Shown: positions 30,040 to 43,200 of the stretch, piece after piece | Numbering within the stretch: the first letter of the stretch is position 1 | Layout of the letters: each line of letters begins with the position of its first letter | Source: Chrysomallon squamiferum | Lineage: Eukaryota > Animalia > Mollusca | Assembly: GCA_012295275.1 (NCBI GenBank) | Contig: CM022673.1 | Coordinates: forward strand, 22,320,001-22,384,000 | Direction of reading: 5' to 3' | Length of the DNA stretch: 64,000 nucleotides | Program-made: the position numbers and the translations under genes | The notes under the pieces: generated by a model | What the model saw: the letters and a program-made list of their open reading frames with translations, nothing else | Told to the model about the DNA's origin: nothing | The model's database searches: none

Positions 30040-31459
30040 CAATTATAATAATAATAAAATAAAGAGATGATGATTTAGACATTAAATTTTAAAAACTTGC
30101 TGATTGCCTCAAACCATTATCAATCATTGTGTCACACACCTGTTAAACTAAGATTAAAACACTGAATTTATTAGTACTTATAAACTGCTTTAAACTTTAG
30201 TTACTGCCCATTCGGAAAACTGAATCTGAATATATTGTTATACATCTGTACATATATCATATTCAGATACAGCCACGTACACATGAATGAACCAATAAGC
30301 TGATTGCATGGATATGCATTTGGTGTAAAACGTCTAGGAAGTTAGTTGAACAACTAAAGTGAAAATAAATTAATAAATTAAAGCGAATCACTACATACTA
30401 TTCCTATCTCGACAAGTGTAAACTATAAACGGAAACGGTTTGCTTTTCACAGGAAATAAAATATATTTGTAACGAGCATTTTCTCTTGATGCCCACACAG
30501 AGAAATATACATATAGGGGGAATAATGATCTACTTAGAAAATCAACCGAAGCATCAGATACCGAGGTTAAGCTGTAAGGGATCTTTTTATAAACTAGAAA
30601 CACAAACCAATCTCTGAACATTGTCGAGGATTGATCCTGCGTTCACACAACACAGATAAAGAGTATAACGGTAACTCTATACTGACTGTATATACCTAGG
30701 GCGGTTTTCAAAAGATTTTCTTATTTTTTTACACAAACTATTTATTTTATTTTATTTTATTTCTTTATTGATTTTCGTTGTTGTTGTTGTTTTCTCTTTT
30801 GACAACAGATTAAAAAAAAAACACAAAAGAAAACAGAAGAAAAAAACATACAATTATACAATATTTAATGTATCTACGCCTGAAACAAAGGAGTGTGGGA
30901 CTAGAAAGTGTAATAGGTGTGACGAAAAAACTAATACAGCGGTTAGTGTTAATACAATATTTATAAAAAAACCAACACACACAAAACCTGCATGTACAAC
31001 AGATAACATATTAATGTATTTACATGTTTGATTATCACAATTTACATAATACTAATAAAATACATTTGCGTGACAAAGTCATGCAATCTAATCGAGAATT
31101 TGTATGATCAACGGTGTAAAATTATCTCCATTTAAAAGTCAATAAAGAAAATGTCTATATTTCTATTCCTACTAACATTAATTTATTCAAAACGATAAAC
31201 ATCATTTGAAACTTTGCTGCTATTATTATTCCAAAGAGAAATTACTTCAAACTATGATGTATGCGATTCATATTTCCTTTGTTATAACAAAGTTTAAACT
31301 TGTAAAGTTACTTATAAACTGGACTGTAAATATCCTGTCAAAACGGACTTGCCGTTTGTAAATATCGTTTCCCAACACTGTGGTATTCGGCTTTCAAAAT
31401 AAAACCTTTTCAAATTTGTATTATATATTACGATATTTCTAAAGTAACCAAAGTAACCA

Positions 31460-31493
<34 letters not shown>

Positions 31494-34400
31494 TAAAAAA
31501 TAAATAATTAGAAAATAAAGAATATCCTTTTAAATTTTTTCTATATAACCTGTGGATTTAAAAATATTTTTAGCGTCCTTTTCTCCTCAGATGAATGGTG
31601 TATCAGAATCTTTCAAAATACAGGCACTGTGTTTTAATGGTCATTTGTTATATAACTCTGCTTAAAAAAGAATACATATTAAAATGATGATAACAAATAA
31701 TCTATTGATACAACATACATTAGAATACAACACACACACACACACACACACAAACATAAACTATTCAAAATTAATTATATTAAATCATGATTTGTTCCTT
31801 TCTAATTAATAATTAAACAATGGACATAATTACACACAAACTTAATATTACATGTTAAAATACTGTATAAATATTTCTTCAATTATTAAATAACATTTTA
31901 GCTGCAGAACAGCATAAACACTGCTGTTTAATAAATATGTTAATTTCGATTTAAAATCATGATTCATCATTTAAAGTTTCACATTTTTCATATATTTTAC
32001 TATATGAATAAAATTTAACACAAATTAATTAAATTTACAATCTTGAAAACCATATTTAATTATTTATATTTAGACCTACAGACTTTTCAACCATATTAAA
32101 TTATTATTATTATTATTATTATTATTATGGATTAAAGTGCAGTGTTAGATTTAGTAAAAGAAACAGATAATGAATAATAATTTGTAATAGCTCAAAAGCT
32201 GCCTATAATCATTAAACTACAAAACATCCAGCAAAAAAAATAAAAAAATAAAAATAATAATAATAATAATAATTTGAACATTCAGTGATATAGGGGAGAC
32301 AACTCAATAAAGGGAAATTAAAAGAAAAAAGAAAAAAAAAGTGTGTATCACTTATATATTTTTCATGAAAGCATAAAAATTTACTGGGTAAACCTAAAAG
32401 TGAAATATGTAAATACATCAGTTAACTGTGGCATAGATTTACTATTACAAGGTGCATAATTACATTTTTTTCTTTTTTTTTCTTTTTTTTCTGTTCATTG
32501 TAATAATAGGCTATTAGAACTAGTTACAGCAGAATTTAACAAAATTATATTTTCAAATGTGTGAATTATTAAAATTTAACTTCTTTCTTAAATTCTTAAA
32601 GTGAAAATTTTAAAACCAACATAAAAATCAAATGAAAAAAGAGGAAAGAAAGGAATGAAATATAATAAATTAATAAATTAAAACTAACTAACACTGAAAC
32701 ATAAGTTTCTGTTTTCTGGAATCCATTTTTGTAATTAAAATACACATTTAAACCTGAATTCTGAACATAAATAATGACATACCAAAATATTATAATCTTT
32801 ACTTCTAAAGCACACTAAAAACAAAAAAAAAAAAAATTTGCACCATTAATGCCATTTTTGCCTAAAATTATAAAACAGTACATTTACAGTACCTATTATG
32901 CTTCAACAAACAAAAATGACATCTATCTTCTTATGAACATAAAGCACCAGGTCATTATGAATAATCAATTCACATGACAACAATATTTACTAAAAGAAAC
33001 AGTATATCATAAATTTTAATTCAGTTATAAATGAAAGTCAACTGAATGTCTGTGTCAAACAACCTAATTTTTTTATTTACTTTTATAAAGAATAATGAAA
33101 ACAATTAATAAAATACAGAAATAAGAAAAACAAATTTAGTCATTTAATTTTAATTTTTTTTTTTTTTTTTTTTTAAATGATCATTAACGTGTAATTAATG
33201 TGTGTCTGTGCATACTTATAATATCCAATATTAAAAATAGCACCAAAACTTACTTTACAAAATTCTTTACTTTCACATAAATATCATAAGATGATCATTG
33301 GTATCAAGCATCTTTATCAATACTTTGTCAAGATTTAATAAACTTTTCACATTTATAAAATTCAAAGTATAATAAAATAATTTTAGTGGCTTTATTATTA
33401 CTATCTTTTATTTATTCATTTTTTTTAAATCGTAAAATATTTTCTTTATACTAATATCTAAATGAACATGTTTGTGTGAAAAAAGAAAGTAATAATTAAA
33501 TAAGTTCAAATTCAAAATAAATATTTTACAATTTGTCATGAATTCTTAGTACATTAGTTAAAAAGAAACTAGTACATGTCTTATTTTACTGACCATACAC
33601 AAATTCATAGTCATAACCTCAGTGTGACAGAATCCTAGAAAAAAAAATTAAGATTATATGTTGAAAAGTCACTTTCGTATTTGCAAAAAACTAATAAAGA
33701 TATTTCTTTCAAAACAAAAATTATTTTCTCATTTTATTTATCATTAATTCACGTGCATCTTTTAAACAAAATAAAGACAATGAGAAAAAAAAAATGCTTG
33801 CCTTTCTAAAAACAAAAATCTTATGCAACAACTTTACTACACAACAAGAATATCAGAATACATCATCTGCATATAAATTTTAGTTTCAAATTTATTTTTA
33901 ATTTAGAAAAACAAAAATGATCCATCTTTAAAAATAAAATCCTACTACTACAAAGTATATAACAAATATTAATTGCCATGTTTGTAATCATATTATCCTA
34001 CAAGACATTATTTTCTATCAGTGTTAACTATTTCTCTATTTAAAACATATTAATGAAAATCTAATTCCGCTCTATGCTACTTCAGCACTATGTTTAAAAC
34101 AAGCTGTGAAGTGTATTTCATTTTAAGCATATGTGGCAATATGTATTTAAAACTATATCTTACATCAGAATAGTGAAATGTTAAGCATAAATCTGTATTT
34201 TCATGAGTATCTGCATCTGTTTGTTATATATATATATATATATATATATACATAGTTATGAATGTATGTATAATTTATATATTCCTCTGATTTCAAGCTA
34301 AAGGAACAATGTAATGAAAGACTTGTTCATGGAAGATGTTGTAAATATATTATGATTTGTGGTAACATGATTTATTCATTATCTAAACAATCTTGCTGTT

Positions 34401-35003
34401 GTACTGAAACTGTTTCTAACAGGTAAAGGGGAACAACCCCAAATATTCAAGTGCCTTGGGATGTTCCTGAACTTTAAATAGTCATCATTAAGAACTTTTT
34501 TATTTTTTTTAATGTAATTAAGTTCTTAATTATATAGATTAATAGAGCAATATAAATATATCAAGAAAATTAAATGTATTTGCTCACCATGTTCTGTCAA
34601 AATTACAAACCAGGTTCAGTTTTAATTCTTCAATTTTATGATTAATGAAAGAAATGTTTCAAGTTCACAGAAAAAGAATATTTTTCATTTTTTTTTATTT
34701 ATGTGTACTAAGAAGCTACTAAAGGCATCAAGTTAGATAATAAAAAATTATTAATTTTTACAATGAGCAAAAATTCTAATATTGAGACAAGTGCCCACCC
34801 AAATTAAGTAATATTTCATGTAGTTTAAAAAACAAAAAGTTATGTTACATTCATACAGTCACTGTGAAGCAACATCCTGCACTGTTACTGTTACCTCTCA
34901 ACCACCAGTCAACCTAGATATGAAGGATGAAATTTTGGAATTTGTATACAGTGATCTAATTGTTAAAAAGTAAAAATTCCTAGGTCAACCATCTAAACCA
35001 AGG

Positions 35004-35188
35004 TCACTCAATGCATTTATTTATAAAGTCCAAAAATCGTTTGGCATACTGGTCAGGTCTGACTGTGGAGATCTCAGCCCCAGCTCCATGTTTGACCGTT
35101 TTTGCTGCCTGCGCTGTCCTCTTTTTCATCCCATACTTTGTAAGAACATCTATCAAGGCCATGAAGTATATTTCTCTTTTGCCAGATT
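35004..35188 (-). CDS. PIP4K2: PIP4K2 exon 9 ([60 protein letters not shown])
   Basis: Type-II activation loop; TGA at 35006-35004. Confidence 0.95.
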
Positions 35189-38100
35189 CTGAAAGACAAA
35201 CATGTTAATGTAACTTTGATATTAACAAGTGGATTGAGGTCAAATAGTAACATATAGGAACAAATATGCATTAAAATAAAAGAAAATATTATATTTCAAG
35301 ACTATTAGAAAATATTTTGAACAGACATTTATTTATCAGGCATCCTAAAACATAAAAATAAATTAATGAATTTCCAAAAAATTGTTTATTACATACTTTT
35401 TATAAAAATGTTTTATTAATCATTTTAACAATGTCATTTTACATTACTAACATTTACATTTACTGATTGACATAAAAAACCAAGTTATGGATTTTATAGT
35501 AGTTTGAAAAGGCAAAGCAAATTTAATATATAAAAAATAATCCAACAAATAATTTTTGTTCCCTTGCGTTCAAATTTCTCCCTGAAGTTAATTTGCATCA
35601 CTGGATAAACTATTTGGTCAGTCAAACCTTAAATCCAGCACAGAAAAGCCATTAAAGTTTAGAACTAACAAAAATCCTTCTGAATTTCCTCACCTGCATT
35701 AGGATCACTCTTAATAGCATATTTCTCTAACTGATCATCCAGCTCTCCAGTGAATGGAAAGGTTGCGGAGGGCTGAGGACTGTCAGGTGGTGTTGGGACT
35801 GACCCACAGGCATCTACCATGTCCTCCTCAAAACCATTCTCTTCAGCATCACCCCCTTCCTCCACTTCTACCCCATCAGCTGCAGCAGCAGTTGTAGAGT
35901 CAACAGTGTCTGTCTGAGGTTGGTCAAGGTCACTGATACCAACAATGAGACTATAGTCCATCAGGTGAAGACTAGCCAAAAACTAATAAAGAAATCATTC
36001 ATAAATTTAACTATCTACATAGTTTGTTGTCTAAGAAAATTAAATGTCCAGAGATATTACAACCTAAATATATTTAGTTCATTTCCAAATGATGTTTTTA
36101 TAGAAAGTGTTGTTAATAATGACGTAGCTTTAGTTATTATTATTTGAGGTCATTTGGAAATGCAAAAGAATCTTGATAAACTGGGTCATTGAAATTTACA
36201 CAGGTAATAAATATTTTATATAAATAATTCTTAAATTATTATTAAATTAAAAAATGTCAACTGATAAAAACATGACATTAATAATTTCTTACTTCTGCAT
36301 CTTTCTGTAGCATGGCCATCAATTTCTCCTTTGCCTCAGGTCCTATCTGGATGCAAGCTTTATCATTGACAAAATCTACATCTTTCAGTGTGGGCAGCTC
36401 CTTGGCCTGTGAAACAAAAATAAAATTAGCATTTCTCTTCATAATAATCTTTATGAATAATCAGATATTTGGGAAGAAAAACAATACAAAATATTAAAAA
36501 AAAAAAAAAAAAAAATATGGTAATCACCAAATGCTGTAAATGCCAGCAGCATACATCTACAACAGGGATTATAAATAATAAAGTTTTTTAAAATTTAATA
36601 TTTTTTTACAAAAAACCCTGCAGTATTTCTTATCAGTGTAAACATGTATTTGCTGTACATTGGAGATGTACAGAAATCAATTGTTAATCTGCTTATTTAG
36701 TTTAATGTTCTGAATGTGTTTTCATTTCTATTACTATTGGGTTATTTCGTGTCACTACTGCCAGTAGTAATATTAATAATAATAATAATGATGATGATGA
36801 TGACTTTTCATGAAATTTAATCTCCCACATGTTAACTAAAACATATCTCACCTTTACTTACCTTCCAACTGGTAAAATAATAATCCAAGAAACATTTTGT
36901 GAATTTTTAATATTTAGTTGTAGCTCAAGCCTAATTAAATTTACTGACAAGTTGTACAATTTTGCTCAATATCTGTTGCATTAGCAGACCGATATACAAA
37001 ATACAAGACAGACCAAGACAAGCTTAAGAACTTAACATTTCTCTTACATGGGTGTTCTTGAGGCAATAATGGTAAACACTAACAGGTTTTCCCTAACCTA
37101 TTTTGTGTAAATTTATAATTCGTAATCTCTGCTGGAGTCTTTGTATCTTTTGAACTACTGTGACTCAGTGTTGAAAATTATGGCCCAAGAGATGTTTCAG
37201 CATGACACACACGTGACCTGCATTATACCTGCCATGACCTTTTCGTGTTACTGTTGAGCTACAGTTCATATTGGTGTACACCAAAGTTAATTTTTTTTGT
37301 TTTTTTGAATTGTATTTTTTGTTTTTCATTTAATAGAACAGTTTGGTGGTTACAGCTTGAAAAATTAAAACTCTGAAAAGAAGGACCATTCTAACTACCA
37401 ATATTTTCTTTTATTATACGAGTTGTGGATTACTGGTCAAATTGGAAACCTTCCCCTGGGTCCACAATGCCAGTTTTAATTAAGCAACTAAAACTGTCAA
37501 TAAAATGTACAAACCCTTTCTTTATCACTAGCCTGTCGGTCAACTGTCGATCCCTGAAAACAATTACATAATAATTAAATTATACTGTTAAGTCAGGTGA
37601 TTTTTCTTCCTTTCTTTCTTTTAAAACTGTAGTAGTCTTCTAAAGTTTTCAAATGTATATATAATTGTATATATAATTCATTTTTTTTTTTTTCTGTATG
37701 CAGTGAATATGATTTTCTTTTTCTTATTTCTGCAATAAAAACAATGCAAACCATTAAAATGTCATTTTAATTATTATTCTTAATGAACAAACAGTGCAAA
37801 CATATGGACTGAATACATAAAATATTAATCAAAAAAGATATTAATATACACTGTATCTTTAAGTATACAGATAATACAAATACATACTTTTAACAAATTT
37901 CAAATACAGTACAATGTTAAAACTTGCAATATACATAATTTGAAAATCTAATACTTTCAGAACTATATTTTTAAAGAGACAAGTTGTTCAAAATGCATAA
38001 AATGTTAATTAATGCATCCATTATCACTATTGGAAATATATTATGGAAGAACATTTTCTATCTTAATATCACAGAAATGTTTATTGAATTTTTGCAAAAT

Positions 38101-40165
38101 ATTAGATGTGTATTTAGTTGTTTTCACTTGTACTTTTATTCTGAAATATATTTTATATTTAAATGCATTTAAAACTCATACAGTATAGCAGATTTTCTCG
38201 AAGAATTAAATATGAAGTACCTTCAAATCATATTTTTTGTGTATGACCAGTCGGGGACTGAAGATATTTCTCATGACAACCAAGTAAGTTTCAACATCAT
38301 TTACTGTGATTCTGTACATACCATAATACTGAGGAAGTAGGGTCTGGCCATGGTTTTCAACAATATACTGAAAACAAAATAATATTAAATATTCACAGGA
38401 ACACTGGTTGTAAAACATCAAGCCATTAAATTTCAATTTTATCTAAAAAAGACTGGAATTAGCAATCTTTTGTTTGTCCTTTTATGATTTAACTTAGAAC
38501 TCGGAAGCTTATATGGAACTACATTTGTTTTAGATACAAAATCCAAATAATTTACATAATGCTATTTGTTATTGTGAGAATCAACAGCAATTTTGCTATT
38601 ATTAGATTGTATATCAAGATTGTCAACAATGATACATTCAGAAGGAGTCATCAATTTTAAATCAGAATCCATGAAACATTTCCCCGATTTTTATATTTAG
38701 AAATATCTTGCAGTTCTTTTTATTTTTGTTAACCTCAGAGAGGGAACCTGATGCATTCTTATCAAATATCAAGAAATAATTTTATGTTTCTTTCCAAACA
38801 CAATTCTATTCTATTATATGTAACATTTCGTACTGACTGGAATGGAATTTTTTCTGAGGATACTATACCTGATGATACTGTTTCAATATGTGATGCATCT
38901 GTTCTACTTCCTCCGTGACCAGTGTCTTGATGAAGTACTTTTTGTCAAATGACTGTAACATTCTTGCCCCACTGCGACCTGGAGAGTCCAAATCAACAGG
39001 TTGTTTTGACAAAGAGTTCTGAAAAACATTAACAATTCACGAGTTCAAGTAAATAGTTATTTTATTTCTTAACATGAAGCAGTAAATAACATGTTACCAA
39101 ATATAATCAGGTTTATTTTAATGTCACATCAAAGATTCAGAACTGTGATTAAAATATAACAAAATATGAAACATCAAAGTTATTTTGATAAATAAATGTT
39201 AGCAATACAAAACATACATAATTAAATCGTAATTAATAACCTTCAAATACCTATTTCAAATGCTTTTAATTAAAAAAATGATGATTATTATTTAAAAAAA
39301 AATATTATTTAATTTTTATTTATTTATTTACATATATATAAATTATTTTTACTTTTATTTATTTTAGTTTCTTAAATATAATCTTACCAAATAGTCATCA
39401 TCATCAATGCCAAATCTCTCTCTTAAGTTTCTGAACACAATTGGACAATATTCTTTAACCTTAAAATGGCTTGGCATATTATCTCTGCAAAAACCGCGGA
39501 AATAAAAAAAAGGACAATATAGACTAAAACAGTAACAGGCAAACTTACTTTTACATGTTTTACAGTTTTTTTAAGTGGAAATAGATAAAATGAAATAATA
39601 GATTTTTATATACTGGCAGCTTTGAAGTTATATGTGAAGAGTAAACTTTTAAAATAGTACAAAAGTATTGTTATTGTTATGAAATTACCATTGAGACTAT
39701 AAAATAAAATAAAATAATAATAACATTTTAAAAAAAATATAAATAAATATATGAAGACTTTAATTCCAAAATACAATAAATGCCAAAACCAAAATTTAAA
39801 AAAAAAAAGCCACCAAAAGTTCAGCATTTGACAGTTGCTCAATGCCCCATAATCATCTGCCACTGATCTATGCAGTAGACTATAGACCTTTGTTCCATAA
39901 CTTGATAAACTCCAGAGCAGAAATAGCCATTTTTCTCAAAACAAAAACAAATGGATTATTGTGTTTTGGAATCAAACTCTTCATATTATCTTGAAACAAA
40001 CAAAATCCAAATATGCCTTAAAATGATTTCTCTTTTATTAAATTAAGGTTGATTTTGAAATTTTATGAGATTTGAATTTTAAACTATATGTTCAAAGATG
40101 CTGCTGACCTTCACATATGTGTGTATGTGTGTGTGTGTATGTGCGTATGTGTGTGTATGTGTGTA

Positions 40166-40207
<42 letters not shown>

Positions 40208-43200
40208 AATTTATAAAATAAGAAAATAATATACATAGATCTGCATTTCAAATTAACTGACTTACTTGTTAAACATGTGGTTATCAACACGTATTTTGCT
40301 ATAGGCCTTAAAGTCATCTGGCATTAACATAACCTGAAGATTCACATGAGTCAATTCACTGATCTGGAACAAAATGTACTGATTTTTTTATAATCAATGT
40401 GTACATTATCAAATTATTAATGGTTGTTTCTTTAATATATATTAATCTGGCAATGATAAGTTAATACAGTGAAAATACTGTTATTAATGTAATAACATCA
40501 TGTGAAATTTAACATCATGGAAGTTGTTAAACCTGTTTATCATGATTCAACAACAGCAACTAAGTACTGAGTCAATAGAAACAATACATAACTTATTTAA
40601 AAATAAAATTTAAAGTTAACTGAAGCAATGGAGTACTAATTATTTATTTTTATTACTGAAATCATATTAAAAATATATAAGAATAAAATAATAATAAAAA
40701 AATTAAAAACTTAACAACTGATCTTAGTTAATGGGAGAGAGACTGCACTGCACTACAAGTCATCAATCAGACTGAGAAAAATAAACATTATTTCTAAACC
40801 ATATCCAAAACTGTATTAAAATTTGTCAGTTTTTGAATTACCTAAAATTACTACTTTAACAGCAAAGAAAAGCAATGAAATAAGATAAACCTAATTTACC
40901 AACTGTAAGAAAGAAAAACATTGTACTTCACAATTTGTGTCTAAATTAAATAGGGTAAGAATTATTAAACTAATATGGGGAACAAAATGCACAGCTGTTC
41001 GCACCCAGAATATTTCCCACTTGGTAATTACAGCTAGTACCATGGCAGTGTTATTTTGGGCTTACTCCCATTTGGTAGAATTCCCATTTTGTTGAAAGGC
41101 TAAATATGGTCCAGTGGTCTTATTTACAAGCTTGTTTTTACCTTAGTCTTTATAATGAACTGTTCCAGATTATTTGGAAACCGATTATTATTGTACAGAC
41201 ACACTAATACCTCGCTTAACGATATCCCACTTTAACAAAAAAAATTTGGGGTGGAGGAATTATATAAATAGAAATTTAATAGTTAATTGCTGGAAATAAA
41301 TGATACAAATGAGTACACTGCAAGTGTTTAAGTCTGTTTTGGTTCGTTTTACATTCACTCATACATTCACTCATGAGCTTCGCTAAGCTATGTTGATCAG
41401 CTGACATGCAGACGTCATACATACATGTGATATTCAGATTGTCTCGTCTCTTTTGTTTCCATTTAGACTTAACCCTTTTGTAGTTTACTCTTTCAATATA
41501 TCAAAACGAATAAAAGTACAGCAGCAAATGCTAACTTTAGGAACAAAATACGGTATCTTAAATGAACACAAAACCCATAAAAATGAATCCACAGTGAGTG
41601 GCATATAATTATTTATTAATGTATTTATAAAAATGTATTTGTAAATGATTTACTGTTTGTTTAATATCTATGATCTATTAAAACATTTATATCTGAATTG
41701 CCTTTTTATTTCTCCTTTTTTTAACATTTCTTTTTATGTCAAATTTCAATCATGAAGAATGTAACCACTGTTTTTAATCTTAATTCTATGTAAATTTGTC
41801 TACTGCTTAACAATATCTCACTTAACGATCGAAAATATGGATATGGTATGCAAATATGAAAATATCAAAATAGTCCATGTACTGAATGTAGTTGAATGTA
41901 AATAATTAAAAAAGAAGGAATTCATCTAAAAACTATAATATTAAAAACAGTGTGTCTGATGTTTCAGTAAGTTCAGTAATATGTTCAATGTTATAATAAT
42001 ATTGTACAAATCTAGAATTTTCTCTGTGTTGCATGTTTAATGAATTTTTTTTTTAATCCACCATAAAATTTAGGTAGTTTTTTTTTTTTTTTTTTTGTTG
42101 TTGTTTTTTAACAGAAAGGAAATGTTGATGGATTAGAAATGACCAGATTAAATAATAATAATAATAAGAAGAAGAAGAAGAAGATCGATGTCATGACCTG
42201 CAACATCTTGGCTGTGATTGGAAAAGTAAATAATCTAAAACAAATAAGTAGTGAATGCTTGTTCTGCTTTTGGTTGATGTTATATAATCGATTTACCAAA
42301 AGTGCACTCCTCTCTGAATGTTAGAATCAAGTGCCAAATTTATTGCAGCTGAAGAAGAATAAAGAAACCAGATTTATATATGTAAGTAAATAAACCATTG
42401 TCCGTCTATAATCAAAACTTGTATGAATATGAAGAGGCCAAGTTCATTACATACACTGATACAGAGATAATCAGGTATTTGGCTAGACAAATTATTTCGA
42501 CGAACTGGGAATTAGACAAACTGGGAATTCAACCAGATCGGAAGATACCCTCTTTTGCTACTCTTCAATATGGTTTGTGCCTGTTACAATGAAGTTATCA
42601 GTAAAATTAATTTCTTTTTACCTCAGGCCAAAATAAATAAATAAATAAATAAATAAATTAATAAATAGATAGATAGATAGATAGAGAGAGAGATAGAGAG
42701 ATATTTAGATAGATAGATAGATAGATAGATTAAGCAAAGTTAATTATCAGTGGGACAGCTCTGTATATTTCAGCTATAAAAAGTATCTGTTGTTTAAAAA
42801 TGATATGTCATCCATTTCATGTTATCAGCAAAATGACAAAATACACTAACAGAGAATAAATATGTGAATATTAAAAACAGTGTGAATGCAATACATCCTA
42901 TCACATGATATATTCCCTACTATGCATATATTTACACACTTATGCAAATGTTTCAGCTTCAAATCCACTAACAGACAACATAAAATAAACACCAGAAGAA
43001 AACAGAAGAAAAAAAATCAATGAATAATCAATAAGGAGAACAGAGAAGGTCAAGCAAACACATGTTGTTGGGAAAATATTACAAAAAGAAACAACTTAAG
43101 CTCCTTAAGTGATACAAAAAATATAATTTAAGAGACATGCAGATACACTGTGTAGTTTTAACATTGGTATTAAAGGCAAATGATGTCCAACACCTTTGAT

